Assembly: GCF_000015805.1 (NCBI RefSeq)
Contig: NC_009073.1
Coordinates: forward strand, 1,200,001 to 1,232,000
DNA length: 32,000 nt
Origin: Pyrobaculum calidifontis JCM 11548
Lineage (GTDB): Archaea; Thermoproteota; Thermoprotei; Thermoproteales; Thermoproteaceae
Direction of reading: 5' to 3'
Under the pieces are notes generated by a model, which saw nothing but the letters and a program-made list of their open reading frames with translations, ran no database searches and was not told where the DNA came from. This document shows positions 28,912-32,000 of this stretch, in pieces (position 1 is the first letter of the stretch; every line of letters starts with the position of its first letter). Position numbers and translations under genes: made by a program.

Positions 28912-28926
28912 TAAGTAAAGAGAGAG

Positions 28927-29356
28927 TGGCCTCTCTTCGAAATTGTGTTGAATAGGTCTGCGGTGTTAAACGCAATTAATGCTTCGAAGTATGAGGAGCT
29001 ATACTCGGCGCTGTGGAATGCCAGGCTGGATAGAAGCGTGAAAGTGATTGTTATTAGGGTGAGTGGGCGCACTTTTACGCTGTACAAGATGTGAGAGATT
29101 TTGCAGAGACATATTCAAGCGATATGAGCTTTGTTTCAAGCTTGGCCTTGAGCGAGGGAGAGAGTATTCACTCTAATTCGGGAGTTTCCCAAACCTATAG
29201 GTGGTAGAGCGCGTGGGGAAGGCCAGTGTTAGTTTTAGCTTTAGATTTTTCGGGATTGCAGAATTGAAATATCAAGGAAAGATTGTAGATGTGTTTAATG
29301 ACAAGAGTAAGATAGAAATTCGATGTGAGAAACGTTTAGAAAAGTTTATTAAGTAG
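28927..29356 (+). pseudogene. Decayed enoyl-CoA hydratase (crotonase) gene
   Basis: Crotonase-like pieces occur in three different frames, separated by stops. They are PLFEIVLNRSAVLNAINASKYEELYSALWNARLDRSVKVIVIRVSGRTF, then QDVRDFAE, then LIREFPKPIGG.A.GEG, then FFGIAELKYQG. Total length is about 430 nt against ~790 nt for the intact paralogue at 23052. The region is AT-enriched. Confidence 0.55.
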
Positions 29357-29371
29357 TGTAAGGTGCGTTAC

Positions 29372-30109
29372 ATGCCGGTGGCCGTTGTCACAGGCTCTGG
29401 GAGAGGCATTGGGCGTGCCATAGCGGTGAGGTTTGCGAGAGAGGGGTGGAGAGTGGTTGTAAACGCGAAGAAGGGGCGGGAGGAGGCCGAGGAGACTCTC
29501 CGCCTTGTGAAAGAGGCGGGGGGCGACGGGGTTGTGGTAATGGCCGACGTGGCCACGCGGGAGGGCTGTAGGTCGTTGGCGCAGGCGGCCCTGGGGCTGG
29601 GCGGGCTAGACGTGTGGGTCAACAACGCGGGGCTCGGCCTCTACTCCCCCTTTCTAAGCGCAGACGACCGGCTCATCGAAAAGCAGTTAGAGGTGACGTT
29701 GAAGTCTGTGATCTACTGCTCGCAAGAGGCGGCGCGTGCCATAAGGGAGGGGGTCATAGTCAACGTGGCCTCTATAGCGGGGATTAGGCCCTTCCCCGGG
29801 CTGTCCATATACAGCGCGGCGAAGGCTGCCATTCTCAATCTTACGCAGGCGCTCGCCGTGGAGCTTGCGCCTAGGATTAGGGTAAACGCGGTGGCCCCCG
29901 GCGTCGTCAAGACTAAGATGGGCGACAGCTTGCTCAAGATGCTGGGCCTCTCGGAGGAGGAGTTCGCCAAGAGGTACACCCTGGTGGAGAAGATGGTGAC
30001 TCCGGAGGATGTGGCAGAGGTGGTGTGGATGTTGGTAAAAGTGCCGACAATTACGGGGCAAGTGGTGGTGATAGACGCCGGCGAGATGTTAAAGGCCCAG
30101 TTGCACTAG
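29372..30109 (+). CDS. Short-chain dehydrogenase/reductase (SDR), 3-oxoacyl reductase-like
   Basis: VTGSGRGIGRA (TGxxxGxG), NNAG and the YSAAK catalytic motif. ATG 29372 lies about 24 nt after GTTTATTAAG. Confidence 0.9.
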   Translation: MPVAVVTGSGRGIGRAIAVRFAREGWRVVVNAKKGREEAEETLRLVKEAGGDGVVVMADVATREGCRSLAQAALGLGGLDVWVNNAGLGLYSPFLSADDRLIEKQLEVTLKSVIYCSQEAARAIREGVIVNVASIAGIRPFPGLSIYSAAKAAILNLTQALAVELAPRIRVNAVAPGVVKTKMGDSLLKMLGLSEEEFAKRYTLVEKMVTPEDVAEVVWMLVKVPTITGQVVVIDAGEMLKAQLH

Positions 30110-30310
30110 CCGTCTGAGTCTGGCGGCTGTTTGCCATCGCCAAGTGCATAGGGAGCAGATTTGGCAAGAGTTGGTTTTTCCGTGGTAAAAAGTTCAGCGT
30201 CTTACAAGGATCTAGCGGCGGGCGGCATCTGGCCACCATGCTGCACGTGGAGGGGTCTAAGGAGGTAAGATAGAGCTGTCTAGGAGTTGCGACTACGGCG
30301 AGGCTTGGAG

Positions 30311-31933
30311 TTAGAGTGCCATCCAGCTGAGCCCCTCTGCCGCCTTCCTGGCGGTGGCTTGGTCGATGTCTTTTTTCAAGAGTTCTGTCTGTATGTAGAT
30401 TTTGCCCATGGCTTGCGCCCACTCTTCGCCGAGGTCCTCTGCCCATCTTTGGAACAGCGCCGCGGCGTATAGAGTGCCGAGGGTGGAGAGGAGGCGCTTG
30501 GAGTGGAACTCGACGCCGTCGTTTAACGCATAGGCGACCTCGTCTCGCGCCTGGGCAAGCGCGGCGGAGAGCTTCTGCCTAGCCTCCTGGCCTCCTATCT
30601 TTGAAATCTCCGTGGAGACCTCCTCCACGTAGGCCCGCCCCGCGTCTTTTCTAAAGAAGGCCTCCGCCATGTCTAAAGACTGGATGTTGCTCGTGCCTTC
30701 CCATATGGAGGTTACCAGGGCGTCTCTGTGGAGCTTCGCCAGGGGGAACTCCTCTAGGAAGCCTATGCCGCCGAGTAGCTCCATGGAGTACCTCGTCACG
30801 TCTATGGACACCCACGCGGCCATGTTTTTCACAATGTGGGTCAACAGCCTCGCGTAGTGGTACGACGGGGTGTAGGGCGGCCTTTCCCTAGACGCGTCGG
30901 AGAACAGCTTCGCCGCCTTCAAGGTGAGGAGGAGGGTTGCCTCTAGCTTTGCCTCCATTTCCACCAAGTCGCGGATGTAGAGGGGGTGCTCCACGAGCCT
31001 TTTCCCAAAGGCCCTCCTCTCTTGGCCGTAGAGGTAGGCCTCCCAGAGGGCCTTCCTGGCGAGGCCCAGCCCCGCTGTCGAGTTGTCTATTCTGGCTATG
31101 GTGAGGATTTCAAGCGCTATGTATATCCCAGTGTCCACGGTGCCGAGCAGATGCGCCACCGTGTCCACGAGCTCTACCTCGCCAGTGGGGACTGTGACTG
31201 TGCCAAGCTTGTCCTTTAGGCGCAGTATGCGCCAGTTGGGCTCGCCGTCTGGCCTATACGCCGGGGCGAAAAAGGCGGCGACGCCCTTGGCCCCCGGCCT
31301 CGGCGGGTGGGGCTTAGCCGTTATTATGGCCGCGTCTGCGAGACCCACGTTGCTTGTGAAATACTTAATGCCGCGTAGCCTCCACCTCCTCTCCCCCTCT
31401 TGATACGCCACAGCCTCGGTGGACCCCAAGTCGCTCCCCGCCTGCACCTCTGTGTAAAAGGTGGCGCCTAGCCACGGCGACTCGGACTTGAAGAAGTTGG
31501 GGAGGTAGTAGGCCTTCGCCTCCTCGTCGCCGTACTTGGCTAGCCCATACGCCGTCTGCTCTGTCACCGTTATTGTGCAGAAGAAGCCCGCGTCTGAGAT
31601 GACGTAGCCGCTTACGAAGTGGTAGAGCAGGTCTTGGTTTAACAAAGGCTTAGACACCACGCCGTATTTGAGGAGCTGACGTACGGCCTCGAAGTGCTCG
31701 GGGGCCACTTGGACGTAGTTTATCTCCCTGCCCCTCACGCTCCACCTCTTTAACACAGGCCGCGCGTAGTGATCTACCACATACGCCACCTCCATCATCT
31801 TCGTGGAGACGTACTGCCCCAGGTGAGACAAGTCTTCATCCCCCTCGAAGCCTATGTAGCGGAGAAAAAGCTGGAGAGGCTTGTCATCGTCGTAGTAGTT
31901 CTTGCCATAACTCAGCCAAATTTCCCGAAACAT
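30311..31933 (-). CDS. Large acyl-CoA dehydrogenase family protein (AidB-like, with C-terminal extension)
   Basis: TEVQAGSDLG, FTSNV and IWEGTSNIQ are ACAD motifs, followed by a ~130-aa helical tail. ATG 31933 (MFREIW..) lies about 25 nt after TTAATAAAT. The ORF-track ATG at 31951 abuts the TATA element. Confidence 0.85.
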   Translation of the reverse strand: MFREIWLSYGKNYYDDDKPLQLFLRYIGFEGDEDLSHLGQYVSTKMMEVAYVVDHYARPVLKRWSVRGREINYVQVAPEHFEAVRQLLKYGVVSKPLLNQDLLYHFVSGYVISDAGFFCTITVTEQTAYGLAKYGDEEAKAYYLPNFFKSESPWLGATFYTEVQAGSDLGSTEAVAYQEGERRWRLRGIKYFTSNVGLADAAIITAKPHPPRPGAKGVAAFFAPAYRPDGEPNWRILRLKDKLGTVTVPTGEVELVDTVAHLLGTVDTGIYIALEILTIARIDNSTAGLGLARKALWEAYLYGQERRAFGKRLVEHPLYIRDLVEMEAKLEATLLLTLKAAKLFSDASRERPPYTPSYHYARLLTHIVKNMAAWVSIDVTRYSMELLGGIGFLEEFPLAKLHRDALVTSIWEGTSNIQSLDMAEAFFRKDAGRAYVEEVSTEISKIGGQEARQKLSAALAQARDEVAYALNDGVEFHSKRLLSTLGTLYAAALFQRWAEDLGEEWAQAMGKIYIQTELLKKDIDQATARKAAEGLSWMAL

Positions 31934-32000
31934 AAAGACGAGTATGCTCATATTTATTAATATGGGCGCCGGGGGGTCTGTGGCCCGCGACCTCTTCGAC

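Overview
This window looks like a GC-rich crenarchaeal chromosome of the Thermoproteales, probably Pyrobaculum. The HSL-family esterase at 23935-24876 matches, from memory, the published P. calidifontis VA1 esterase. The 24-nt CRISPR repeat ending in ATTGAAAG is also the Thermoproteales type.

Layout, left to right:
1. 1-1070: the 3' end of a type III-B Cmr module, comprising a partial RAMP-like ORF and cmr6.
2. 1095-2898: an uncharacterised, translationally coupled three-gene cassette. It encodes an ABC/AAA_21-like ATPase, an AT-rich protein with 20 cysteines and a D..ExK nuclease-like motif, and a 181-aa unknown. It is wedged between cmr6 and the CRISPR leader.
3. 3351-5855: a 38-repeat, 37-spacer CRISPR array on the + strand.
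4. 5996-6564: a 5'-truncated, frameshifted cas6 remnant.
5. 6792-16177: a probable defence island.
   - A 959-aa STAND-like P-loop NTPase is followed by an AT-rich helical-repeat ORF. That ORF's frame stays open, with no start codon, right back to the NTPase stop.
   - A divergently transcribed NurA-like nuclease is coupled to a 188-aa CARF/Csa3-like ORF.
   - A convergent HerA-like ATPase, a membrane coiled-coil protein and an 'archaeal ATPase' (PF01637-like) complete the island.
6. 16350-22788: housekeeping and paREP-type genes. These are a DUF4349-like membrane protein, a PaREP1-like protein, a 5-formyl-THF cyclo-ligase-like protein, a coiled-coil protein with a nuclease-like C-terminus, a P-loop-deleted ATPase fragment and a secreted protein.
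7. 23052-31933: a fatty-acid/acyl-CoA cluster. It holds a crotonase, esterase, two acyl-CoA dehydrogenases, thiolase+DUF35, Zn-ADH and SDR, plus two decayed genes (a 3-hydroxyacyl-CoA dehydrogenase stub and a crotonase wreck).

The most promising candidates for undescribed biology are the NurA / CARF-like / HerA module and the cmr6-adjacent ATPase/nuclease cassette. All functional calls rest on motif recognition by eye. No searches were run.
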